Below the pieces are notes generated by a model that did no database searches, was not told where the DNA came from, and saw only the letters and a list, made by a program, of their open reading frames with translations. A DNA stretch of 55,200 bases, the filler included, from Heptranchias perlo (taxonomy: Eukaryota): NCBI RefSeq assembly GCF_035084215.1. It is 2 parts of 2 records of this genome, joined end to end, with 100 filler letters (N's around TTAATTAATTAA, not from the genome) between each part and the next. Parts side by side here need not be neighbours in the genome. Positions count along the whole stretch, not along the records: positions 28,238 to 55,200 come from NW_027139573.1; 1 more part is not named here. The stretch is one strand, 5' to 3'. Of this stretch, positions 32,425 to 43,728 are shown one piece after another (position 1 is the first letter of the stretch; every line of letters starts with the position of its first letter). Both the position numbers and the translations under genes were made by a program.

Positions 32425-32892
32425 CCCCGTGCTAGCTGACCTACATTGGCTCCCGATCCGGGAACACCTCGATTTTAAAATTCCTCCATGTGTTCAAATC
32501 CCTCCCTGGTCTCGCCCTTCCCTATCCCTGTGACCTCCTCCAACCCTACAACGCTCCGAGATCTCTGCACTCCTCCAATTCTGGCCTCTTGCGCATCCCC
32601 AATTTTAATCTCTCCACCATTGGCGGCCGTGCCTTCAGCTGCCTCGGCCCTCAGCTCAGGAATTCCCTCCCTGAACCTCTCCGCCTCTCCACCTCTCTCT
32701 CCTCCTTGAAGATGCTCTTTCAAACCTACCTCTTTGACCAAGCTTTTGGTCACCTGTCCTAACATCTCCTTACGTGGCTCAGTGTCAAGTCTTGTTTGAT
32801 AATCGCTCCTGTGAAGTGCCTTGGGACGTTAAAGGCGCTATATAAATGCAGGTTGTTGTTATTGTTGTTGTTGTTGTCGTCGTCGTCGTCGT
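32425..32892 (+). mobile_element. L2-type LINE 3' end with (GTT)n/(GTC)n tail
   Basis: LADLHWL...FKSL...TIGGRAFSCLGPQLRNSLP...QTYLF; tail AAGGCGCTATATAAATGCAG then GTT/GTC repeats. Confidence 0.85.
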
Positions 32893-32894
32893 CA

Positions 32895-33383
32895 CAGCAT
32901 GCCATGAAGGGAGTGAATGTTTAGGGTGGTGGATGGGGTGCCAATCAAGCGGGCTGCTTTGCCTTGGATGGAGTCGAGCTTCTTGAGTGTTGTTGGAGCT
33001 GCACTCATCCAGGCAAGTGGAGAGGATTCCATCACACTCCAGACTTGTGCCTTGTAGATGGTGGAAAGGCTTTGGGGAGTCAGGAGGTGAGTCACTCGCT
33101 GCAGAATACCCAGCCTCTGACCTGCTCTCGTAGCCACGGTATTTATATGGCTGGTCCAGTTCAGTTTCTGGTCAATGGCGAGCCCCAGGATGTTGATGGT
33201 GGGGGATTCGGCGATGGTAATGCCGTTGAATGTCAAGGGGAGGTGGTTAGACTCTCTCTTGTTGGAGATAGTCATTGCCTGGCACTTGTCTGGTGCGAAT
33301 GTTACTTGCCACTTATCAGCCCAAGCCTGGATGTTGTCCAGGTCGAGCTGCATGCGGGCACGGACTGCTTCATTATCTGAGGG
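32895..33383 (-). mobile_element. Internal fragment of the same LINE family as 13862-15562
   Basis: DLDNIQAWADKWQVTFAP...TLNIHSLH, near-identical to 14700-15172. Confidence 0.9.
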
Positions 33384-34414
33384 GACTGAGACTACAAAAA
33401 CATCACCTGGTGTTTACGATGGTCTCCCACAATATTTCAAGGCCTCCTTATCTCCAGCCTTCCAGGCAGTTCGAATAACACTTTTCCAACGTGGCCAACC
33501 TGCCCAGCATGCCGCCTTGAACAGTCAGTTCAACAGTTCCGATGTTGAATTAATACTTTTAACCAAACTCAGCTCCTTTAGCAGGTAATTAATCCTTAAA
33601 ACTGGTATTTAAAAGTCCAAAATCCTTCACTGTAAAGTGCTTTTGGTCACTTCCACGGGGATCTAGTCCTGATACGGACCCTACAGGAGTACTTAGTGTT
33701 GGGGGGCACTGGGGAGCGGAACTGAGGGAGTTCTGATGGATGGTGCCATGTTTACAGTCCCATCTCTTCCAATGATGTCCGCATGGAGTGGGGGTGGAGG
33801 GGGGTGGAAAGGACACAAGAGGTGACCCCTCACACTCTCGGTGAAATTTCCCAACTTTGGGAAAAAAGGGATGGAGACCTGGAGCAGCCGGGTCCAGTTC
33901 CAGAATCCAGCCCCGATTACATTGCCTCTGCCACCACCCCACTCCCCAAAGGAATTTCGGGCCCAGATTTTGTGAGGAAAGCAGGGACTTGAGAGAGGGA
34001 GAGGTTGGGGAGGGTGTCCGCCTGGAGAGAGATGGGGGCAGCGGGGCAGCCAAGGATCGTACAGCATAGGAGAGCAAACAGAAGCGGGAGCAGTCGGGAA
34101 AAATCAAATGAGGAGCAGTGTGAGAGACGGAGAGACCAGTAAAGAATGGGGCCCTGGGGTAGAGGTAGGGAGCAGCAGCAGAACAGAGGCCTGAAGAGGG
34201 AGGGAGTGGCAAGCAGATCATGGGCCTAGGAAGGAGCTTTTAAATTCAAGTGCCAAGCCAGAAGTCTTGCATTACAGTCTCGTGCAGAACCTCAGCGTCC
34301 GGGCACCGGGCTTTTTTTAATGGATGAAAGAGACCATTTTTATTTTCCCAACAGTATTCTCCATCTAATTATGTCGGAAACTAATTCTGAATCAGGGACG
34401 GGGACTTACCATAA

Positions 34415-35897
34415 TTAACAGTAATGAAGAAAATAATGGCACTAAAGAGTGACAAATCCCCAGGACCAGATGGTTTCCATCCCAGGGTTTTAAAGGAAGT
34501 GGGTGAGAACATTCCAGAAGCCCTAACGAGAATCTTCCAAAGTTCTCTCGATTCAGGAACCGTTCCTTTAGATTGGAAAATTGCACACGTCACTCCGCTA
34601 TTTCAGAAAGGTGAGAGAGAGAAACCAGGGAATTATAGACCAGTTAGCCTAACATCTGTTGTTGGGAAATTACTAGAGTCTATAATTAAGGATCGAGTGA
34701 CTGAACACCTCGAGAATTTTCAGCTGATCAGAGAGAGCCATCATGGATTTGTAAAGGGTCATGCGTTGAAGAGGTGACTAAAGTAATGGATGGGGGAATG
34801 TCTATGGATGTTGTTTAGATGGACTTCCAGAAGGCAATCGATAAAGTCCCTCAGAAGAGACTGTTAGCTAAAGTTGAAGCTCATGCAATTGAGGGCAAAT
34901 TATTGACTTGGTTAGGAAATTGGCTGAGCGGCAGGAGACAGGGAGTAGGGATAATGGGCAGGTACTCAAATAGGCAGGATGTGACTAGTGGTGTCCCACA
35001 GGGATCTGTGTTGGGACCTCAACTATTCACTGTATTTATGATGACAGAAAGAAAGACAGCATTGTAAGCAGTGTAGATGGAAGCATAAAATTACAGAGAT
35101 ATGAACAGATTATGTGAATGGGCAAAACTGTGGCAAATGGATTTCAGTGTAGGCAAGTGTGAGGTCATCCACTTTGGACCTAAAAAGGAGAGATCAAAGT
35201 ACTTTCTAAATGGTGAAAAGCTGGAAACAGTGGAGGTCCAAAGAGACTTAAGGGCCCATGTACATAGATCATTAAAATGTTATGGACAGGTGCAGAAAAT
35301 AATCAAAAAGGCTAATGGGATGCTGGCCTTTATATCTAGAGGACTAGAATACAAGAGGGTAGAAGTTATACAGCTGTACAAAGCCCTGGTTAGACCACAC
35401 CTGGAGTACTGTTCTGGGCACCGCACCTTAGGAAGGGAGAGCAGTGCAGATTTACTAGAATGATACCTGGGCTCCAAGGGTTAAATTACGAGGAGTGATT
35501 ACACAAACTAGAATTGTATTCTGTGGAATTTAGAAGATTAAGGGGTGATTTGATCGAAGTTTTCAAGATATTAAGGGGAACTGATCGGGTCGATAGAGAG
35601 AAACTATTTCCGCTGGTTGGGGAGTCCAGGACGAGGGGACACAGCCTAAAAATCAGAGCCAGGACTTTCAGGAGTGACGCAAAGGGCGGTAGAAGTTTGG
35701 AACTCTCTTCCGCAATCGGCAGTTAATGCGAGCTCCATTGGTTTTAAATCTGAGTTTGATAGATTTGTGGTAACCAAAGATATAAAGGGATGTGGGGATA
35801 AGGCTGGTGTCTGGAGTCAGCTCACAGATCAGCCAGGATCTCAATGAATGGCAGAACAGGCTTGAGAGGCGAAATGGCCGATTCCTGTTCCTGTGTC
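34415..35897 (+). mobile_element. Decayed CR1 ORF2 (RT) and 3'UTR
   Basis: KSPGPDGFHPRVLKE, GNYRPVSLTSVVGK, DFQKAIDKVP, GVPQGSVLGP and LRGDLIEVFK, with stops and deletions. Confidence 0.92.
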
Positions 35898-36451
35898 CTG
35901 TGTCCCTCGGCGATCAGCGCCCCTGGACTGGGGGGGAAGCAGGTTGTGTGGGGAGAGGGGGCACATTAGGAAATTACACATTCCAGTCCATGATTTTATG
36001 ATCGTTAATTGAAATAGATGGAAAGTCACGGGCTGTTGGGGGACAATTCTCTGACACTCAGAAGGGGAAAGACTCCTTGCTGAGCTGTGAGTTTCAATCA
36101 CCCACTGATTCCTCTCCAATCAGCCCTGTGGGTCGCGCATTTACTTTGTGGGAACTTGTTGATTTTCCTGAAACTAAAAGTATTTTACAGTTTTCTCTGT
36201 AAAAAGAATCTCTGCGTGGAATGGAATTCGAGCTGCTGAAGAACAACCTGGGCCAAGTGACAATTCCTCATGGAAGCCCATCAGTCTCAAATGTAACGGG
36301 GAATCGATGGGGAACTGGACACTTCCCGGATAATAATGTCTCTTGATCGGGAACTGGATTCTCTTTTCTCTCTCATCCAATTCCACTTGGATATTCACGG
36401 AAGATCGAGGCATGAAAGCGATCCAGCTTCACAGCGCATCCCGGCTGATCA

Positions 36452-39400
36452 ATGGTGGGATTCCCCCTGTCTGTCTGGTGTTTTGGTCAGTCTGGGAGCG
36501 GTGATTGATGGTGAGATTCCCCCCTGTCTGTCTGGTGTTTTGGTCAGTCTGGGACAGGTGATTGATGGTGAGATACCCCCCTGTCTGTCTGGTGTTTTGG
36601 TCAGTCTGGGAGCGGTGATTGATGGTGAGATTCCCCCCTGTCTGTCTGGTGTTTTGGTCAGTCTGGGAGCGGTGACTGATGGTGAGATTCCCCCCTGTCT
36701 GTCTGGTGTTTTGGTCAGTCTGGGAGCGGTGACTGATGGTGAGATTCCCCCCTGTCTGTCTGGTGTTTTGGTCAGTCTGGGAGCGGTGATTGATGGTGAG
36801 ATTCCCCCCTGTCTGTCTGGTGTTTTGGTCAGTCTGGGAGCGGTGATTGATGGTGAGATTCCCCCCTGTCTGTCTGGTGTTTTGGTCAGTCTGGGAGCGG
36901 TGATTGATGGTGAGATTCCCCCCTGTCTGTCTGGTGTTTTGGTCAGTCTGGGAGCGGTGATTGATGGTGAGATTCCCCTCTGTCTGTCTGGTGTTTTGGT
37001 CAGTCTGGGAGCGGTCACTGATGGTGAGATTCCCCCCTGTCTGTCTGGTGTTTTGGTCAGTCTGGGAGCGGTGATTGATGGTGAGATTCCCCTCTGTCTG
37101 TCTGGTGTTTTGGTCAGTCTGGGAGCGGTGACTGATGGTGAGATTCCCCCCTGTCTGTCTGGTGTTTTGGTCAGTCTGGGAGCGGTGATTGATGGTGAGA
37201 TTCCCCCCTGTCTGTCTGGTGTTTTGGTCAGTCTGGGAGCGGTGACTGATGGTGAGATTCCCCCCTGTCTGTCTGGTGTTTTGGTCAGTCTGGGAGCGGT
37301 GATTAATGGAGAGATTCCCCTCTGTCTGTCTGGTGTTTTGGTCAGTCTGGGAGCGGTGATTCATGGTGAGATTCCCCTCTGTCTGTCTGGTGTTTTGGTC
37401 AGTCTGGGAGCGGTGATTGATTGTGAGATTCCCCTCTGTCTGTCTGGTGTTTTGGTCAGTCTGGGAGCGGTGATTGATGGTGAGATTCCCCCCTGTCTGT
37501 CTGGTGTTTTGGTCAGTCTGGGAGCGGTGACTGATGGTGGGATTCCCCCCTGTCTGTCTGGTGTTTTGCTCAGTCTGGGAGCGGTGATTAATGGTGAGAT
37601 TCCCCCCTGTCTGTCTGGTGTTTTGGTCAGTCTGGGAGCGGTGATTGATGGTGGGATTCTCCCCTGTCTGTCTGGTGTTTTGGTCAGTCTGGGAGCGGTG
37701 ATTCATGGTGAGATTCCCCTCTGTCTGTCTGGTGTTTTGGTCAGTCTGGGAGCGGTGATTGATGGTGGGATTCTCCCCTGTCTGTCTGGTGTTTTGGTCA
37801 GTCTGGGAGCGGTGACTGATGGTGGGATTCCCCCCTGTCTGTCTGGTGTTTTGGTCAGTCTGGGAGCGGTGATTGATGGTGAGATTCCCCTCTGTCTGTC
37901 TGGTGTTTTGGTCAGTCTGGGAGCGGTGATTGATGGTGGGATTCCCCCCTGTCTGTCTGGTGTTTTGGTCAGTCTGGGAGCGGTGACTGATGGTGAGATT
38001 CCCCCCTGTCTGTCTGGTGTTTTTGTCAGTCTGGGAGCGGTGACTGATGGTGAGATTCCCCCCTGTCTGTCTGGTGTTTTGGTCAGTCTGGGAGCGGTGA
38101 TTAATGGAGAGATTCCCCTCTGTCTGTCTGGTGTTTTGGTCAGTCTGGGAGCGGTGATTCATGGTGAGATTCCCCTCTGTCTGTCTGGTGTTTTGGTCAG
38201 TCTGGGAGCGGTGATTGATTGTGAGATTCCCCTCTGTCTGTCTGGTGTTTTGGTCAGTCTGGGAGCGGTGATTGATGGTGAGATTCCCCCCTGTCTGTCT
38301 GGTGTTTTGGTCAGTCTGGGAGCGGTGACTGATGGTGGGATTCCCCCCTGTCTGTCTGGTGTTTTGCTCAGTCTGGGAGCGGTGATTAATGGTGAGATTC
38401 CCCCCTGTCTGTCTGGTGTTTTGGTCAGTCTGGGAGCGGTGATTGATGGTGGGATTCTCCCCTGTCTGTCTGGTGTTTTGGTCAGTCTGGGAGCGGTGAT
38501 TCATGGTGAGATTCCCCTCTGTCTGTCTGGTGTTTTGGTCAGTCTGGGAGCGGTGATTGATGGTGGGATTCTCCCCTGTCTGTCTGGTGTTTTGGTCAGT
38601 CTGGGAGCGGTGATTGATGGTGAGATTCCCCCCTGTCTGTCTGGTGTTTTGGTCAGTCTGGGAGCGGTGATTGATGGTGGGATTCTCCCCTGTCTGTCTG
38701 GTGTTTTGGTCAGTCTGGGAGCGGTGATTGATGGTGGGATTCCCCCCTGTCTGGTGTTTTGGTCAGTCTGGGAGCGGTGTCTGATGGTGAGATTCCCCCC
38801 CTGTCTGTCTGGTGTTTTGGTCAGTCTGGGAGCGGTGACTGATGGTGGGATTCCCCTCTGTCTGTCTGGTGTTTTGGTCAGTCTGGGAGCGGTCACTGAT
38901 GGTGAGATTCCCCTCTGTCTGTCTGGTGTTTTGGTCAGTCTGGGAGCGGTCACTGATGGTGAGATTCCCCCCTGTCTGTCTGGTGTTTTGGTCAGTCTGG
39001 GAGCGGTGACTGATGGTGGGATTCCCCTCTGTCTGTCTGGTGTTTTGTTCAGTCTGGGAGCGGTCACTGATGGTGAGATTCCCCTCTGTCTGTCTGGTGT
39101 TTTGGTCAGTCTGGGAGCGGTGACTGATGGTGAGATCCCCCTCTGTCTGTCTGGTGTTTTGGTCAGTCTGGGAGCGGTGACTGATGGTGAGATTCCCCTC
39201 TGTCTGTCTGGTGTTTTGGTCAGTCTGGGAGCGGTGACTGATGGTGAGATTCCCCTCTGTCTGTCTGGTGTTTTGGTCAGTCTGGGAGCGGTGACTGATG
39301 GTGAGATTCCCCTCTGTCTGTCTGGTGTTTTGGTCAGTCTGGGAGCGGTCACTGATGATGAGATTCCCCTCTGTCTGTCTGGTGTTTTGGTCAGTCTGGG

Positions 39401-42400
39401 AGCGGTCACTGATGGTGAGATTCCCCCTCTGTCTGTCTGGTGTTTTGGTCAGTCTGGGAGCGGTCACTGATGGTGAGATTCCCCCCCGTGTCTGTCTGGT
39501 GTTTTGGTCAGTCTGGGAGTGGTGATTGATGGTGAGATTCCCCTCTATCTGTCTGGTGTTTTGGTCAGTCTGGGAGCGGTGATTGATGGTGAGATTCCCC
39601 CCTGTCTGTCTGGTGTTTTGGTCAGTCTGGGAGCGGTGATTGATGGTGGGATTCCCCCCTGTCTGTCTGGTGTTTTGGTCAGTCTGGGAGCGGTGACTAA
39701 TGGTGAGATTCCCCTCTGTCTGTCTGGTGTTTTGGTCAGTCTGGGAGCGGTCACTGATGGTGAGATTCCCCTCTGTCTGTCTGGTGTTTTGCTCAGTCTG
39801 GGAGCGGTGATTGATGGTGGGATTCCCCCCTGTCTGGCGTTTTGGTCAGTCTGGGAGCGGTGTCTGATGGTGAGATTCCCCCCCTGTCTGTCTGGTGTTT
39901 TGGTCAGTCTGGGAGCGGTCACTGATGGTGAGATTCCCCTCTGTCTGTCTGGTGTTTTGGTCAGTCTGGGAGCGGTGACTGATGGTGAGATTCCCCCTCT
40001 GTCTGTCTGGTGTTTTGGTCAGTCTGGGAGCGGTGACTGATGGTGAGATTCCCCTCTGTCTGTCTGGTGTTTTGGTCAGTCTGGGAGCGGTGACTGATGG
40101 TGAGATTCCCCTCTGTCTGTCTGGTGTTTTGGTCAGTCTGGGAGCGGTGACTGATGGTGAGATTCCCCTCTGTCTGTCTGGTGTTTTGGTCAGTCTGGGA
40201 GCGGTGATTGATGGTGAGATTCCCCCCTGTCTGTCTGGTGTTTTGGTCAGTCTGGGAGCGGTGATTGATGGTGGGATTCCCCCCTGTCTGTCTGGTGTTT
40301 TGGTCAGTCTGGGAGCGGTGACTAATGGTGAGATTCCCCTCTGTCTGTCTGGTGTTTTGGTCAGTCTGGGAGCGGTCACTGATCGTGAGATTCCCCTCTG
40401 TCTGTCTGGTGTTTTGGTCAGTCTGGGAGCGGTCACTGATGGTGAGATTCCCCCTCTGTCTGTCTGGTGTTTTGGTCAGTCTGGGAGCGGTCACTGATGG
40501 TGAGATTCCCCCTTGTCTGTCTGGTGTTTTGGTCAGTCTGGGAGCGGTGATTGATGGTGAGATTCCCCTCTGTCTGTCTGGTGTTTTGGTCAGTCTGGGA
40601 GCGGTGATTGATGGTGAGTTTCCCCTCTGTCTGTCTGGTGTTTTGGTCAGTCTGGGAGTGGTGATTGATGGTGAGATTCCGCCCTGTCTGTCTGATGTTT
40701 TGGTCAGTCTGGGAGCGGTGATTGATGGTGGGATTCCCCCCTGTCTGTCTGGTGTTTTGGTCAGTCTGGGAGCGGTGATTGATGGTGAGATTCCTCCATG
40801 TCTGTCTGGTGTTTTGGTCAGTCTGGGAGCGGTGATTGATGGTGAGATTCCCCCCTGTCTGTCTGGTGTTTTGGTCAGTCTGGGAGCGGTGATTGATGGT
40901 GAGATTCCCCCATGTCTGTCTGGTGTTTTGGTCAGTCTGGGAGCGGTGACTGATGGTGAGATTCCCCTCTGTCTGTCTGGTGTTTTGGTCAGTCTGGGAG
41001 CGGTGATTGATGGTGAGATTCCCCCCTGTCTGTCTGGTGTTTTGGTCAGTCTGGGAGCGGTGATTGATGGTGAGATTCCCCCATGTCTGTCTGGTGTTTT
41101 GGTCAGTCTGGGAGCGGTGATTGATGGTGGGATTCCCCTCTGTCTGTCTGGTGTTTTGGTCAGTCTGGGAGCGGTGATTGATGGTGAGATTCCCCCCTGT
41201 CTGTCTGGTGTTTTGGTCAGTCTGGGAGCGGTGATTGATGGTGAGATTCCCCCATGTCTGTCTGGTGTTTTGGTCAGTCTGGGAGCGGTGATTGATGGTG
41301 AGATTCCCCCCTGTCTGTCTGGTGTTTTGGTCAGTCTGGGAGCGGGGATTGATGGTGAGATTCCCCCATGTCTGTCTGGTGTTTTGGTCAGTCTGGGAGC
41401 GGTGACTGATGGTGAGATTCCCCTCTGTCTGTCTGGTGTTTTGGTCAGTCTGGGAGCGGTGATTGATGGTGAGATTCCCCCCTGTCTGTCTGGTGTTTTG
41501 GTCAGTCTGGGAGCGGTGATTGATGGTGGGATTCCCCCATGTCTGTCTGGTGTTTTGGTCAGTCTGGGAGCGGTGATTGATGGTGGGATTCCCCTCTGTC
41601 TGTCTGGTGTTTTGGTCAGTCTGGGAGCGGTGATTGATGGTGAGATTCCCCCATGTCTGTCTGGTGTTTTGGTCAGTCTGGGAGCGGTGATTGATGGTGA
41701 GATTCCCCTCTGTCTGTCTGGTGTTTTGGTCAGTCTGGGAGCGGTCACTGATGGTGAGATTCCCCTCTGTCTGTCTGGTGTTTTGGTCAGTCTGGGAGCG
41801 GTGATTGAAGGTGAGATTCCCCCTCTGTCTGTCTGGTGTTTTGGTCAGTCTGGGAGCGATCACTGATGGTGAGATTCCCCCCTGTCTGTCTGGTGTTTTG
41901 GTCAGTCTGGGAGCGGTGACTGATGGTGAGATTCCCCCCTGTCTGTCTGGTGTTTTGGTCAGTCTGGGAGCGGTGATTGATGGTGAGATTCCCCCCTGTC
42001 TGTCTGCTGTTTTGGTCAGTCTGGGAGCGGTGACTGATGGTGAGATTCCCCCCTGTCTGTCTGGTGTTTTGGTCAGTCTGGGAGCGGTGATTGATGGTGA
42101 GATTCCCCCCTGTCTGTCTGGTTTTTTGGTCAGTCTGGGAGCGGTCACTGATGGTGGGATTCCCCCCCTGTCTGTCTGGTGTTTTGGTCAGTCTGGGAGC
42201 GGTGATTGATGGTGAGATTCCCCCCTGTCTGTCTGGTGTTTTGGTCAGTCTGGGAGCGGTGATTGATGGTGAGATTCCCCCCTGTCTGTCTGGTGTTTTG
42301 GTCAGTCTGGGAGCGGTCACTGATGGTGAGATTCCCCTCTGTCTGTCTGGTGTTTTGGTCAGTCTGGGAGCGGTGATTGATGGTGAGATTCCCCCCTGTC

Positions 42401-43572
42401 TGTCTGGTGTTTTGGTCAGTCTGGGAGCGGTCACTGATGGTGAGATTCCCCCCTGTCTGTCTGGTGTTTTGGTCAGTCTGGGAGCGGTCACTGATGGTGA
42501 GATTCCCCTCTGTCTGTCTGGTGTTTTGGTCAGTCTGGGAGCGGTCACTGATGGTGAGATTCCCCCTCTGTCTGTCGGGTGTTTTGGTCAGTCTGGGAGC
42601 GGTGATTGACGGTGAGATTCCCCCCTGTCTGTCTGGTGTTTTGGTCAGTCTGGGAGCGGTCACTGATGGTGAGATTCCCCCCTGTCTGTCTGGTGTTTTG
42701 GTCAGTCTGGGAGCGGTCACTGATGGTGAGCTTCCCCTCTGTCTGTCGGGTGTTTTGGTCAGTCTGGGAGCGGTGATTGACGGTGAGATTCCCCCCTGTC
42801 TGTCTGGTGTTTTGGTCAGTCTGGGAGCGGTCACTGATGGTGAGATTCCCCCCTGTCTGTCTGGTGTTTTGGTCAGTCTGGGAGCGGTCACTGATGGTGA
42901 GATTCCCCCTGTCTGTCTGGTGTTTTCGTCAGTCTGGGAGCGGTCACTGATGGTGAGATTCCCCCCTGTCTGTCTGGTGTTTTGGTCAGTCTGGGAGCGG
43001 TGACTGATGGTGAGATTCCCCCCTGTCTGTCTGGTGTTTTGGTCAGTCTGGGAGCGGTGACTGATGGTGAGATTCCCCCCTGTCTGTCTGGTGTTTTGGT
43101 CAGTCTGTGAGCGGTGACTGATGGTGAGATTCCCCTCTGTCTGTCTGGTGTTTTGGTCAGTCTGGGAGCGGTCACTGATGGTGAGATTCCCCCCTGTCTG
43201 TCTGGTGTTTTGGTCAGTCTGGGAGTGGTGATTGATGGTGAGATTCCCCCCTGTCTGTCTGGTGTTTTGGTCAGTCTGGGAGCGGTGACTGATTTTTTTT
43301 TTTTTTTTTTTCAAAAAATATACTTTATTCATAAAAATTTGCAGCAGTACATACAAAACAGTTGTCATATCGCTTTCCAAATGTACACAATACAGATTAT
43401 ACAATTTGCAGGTTACGTCAAGTACAGTTCAATGAACACATTGGACATAATTACAGTTCATGACACTCTAGGGTGTCTCATTGCATCATACTCAACACAG
43501 ATTATTGCTTACAGCGGTGACTGATGGTGAGATTCCCCTCTGTCTGTCTGGTGTTTTGGTCAGTCTGGGAGC
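36452..43572. repeat. 57-bp minisatellite, about 120 copies, with higher-order block duplications
   Basis: Unit GATGGTGAGATTCCCC(C/T)CTGTCTGTCTGGTGTTTTGGTCAGTCTGGGAGCGGT(G/C)A(T/C)T; 57 = 19 codons, which explains the 1044-aa and other long ORFs. Confidence 0.98.
43294..43512 (-). mobile_element. About 220-bp poly(A)-tailed retroposed 3'UTR (L1/Tx1-like or processed mRNA end) with 13-bp TSD
   Basis: T19 at 43293-43311; AATAAA on the minus strand (43329-43324); TSD AGCGGTGACTGAT at 43281-43293 and 43513-43525. Confidence 0.88.
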
Positions 43573-43728
43573 AGCAATGGCGGTGCTCATTACCCACAAG
43601 GCCGCGCGGCTCGGAAAGCGGTCCGCCCGCGGCCCCGGTGCACTCTGGGGAGACGGTCAGAGGCTCCGTCACGGAGAGAGAGAGAAGGAGAAAGAGAGAG
43701 AGGAGAGAGAGAGAGAGGAGGAGGACAG
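43573..43728 (+). promoter_or_regulatory. CpG-rich unique island: candidate promoter and first exon of an unidentified plus-strand gene
   Basis: GCAGCAATGGCGG (strong Kozak context, YY1-like); two oppositely oriented ZNF143/Staf-like sites (TACCCACAAGGCCGCGCG at 43591-43608; CCCCAGAGTGCACCGG on minus at 43650-43635); donor CAG|GTGAG at 43728/43729. Confidence 0.5.

Noticed and set aside
36336-42609. 1044-aa and other long ORFs (CLSGVLVSLGAVIDGEIPP)n and their antisense frames
   Set aside because: The 57-bp unit is a multiple of 3 and is open on both strands; indels shift frames freely; there is no unique domain. VNTR artefact.
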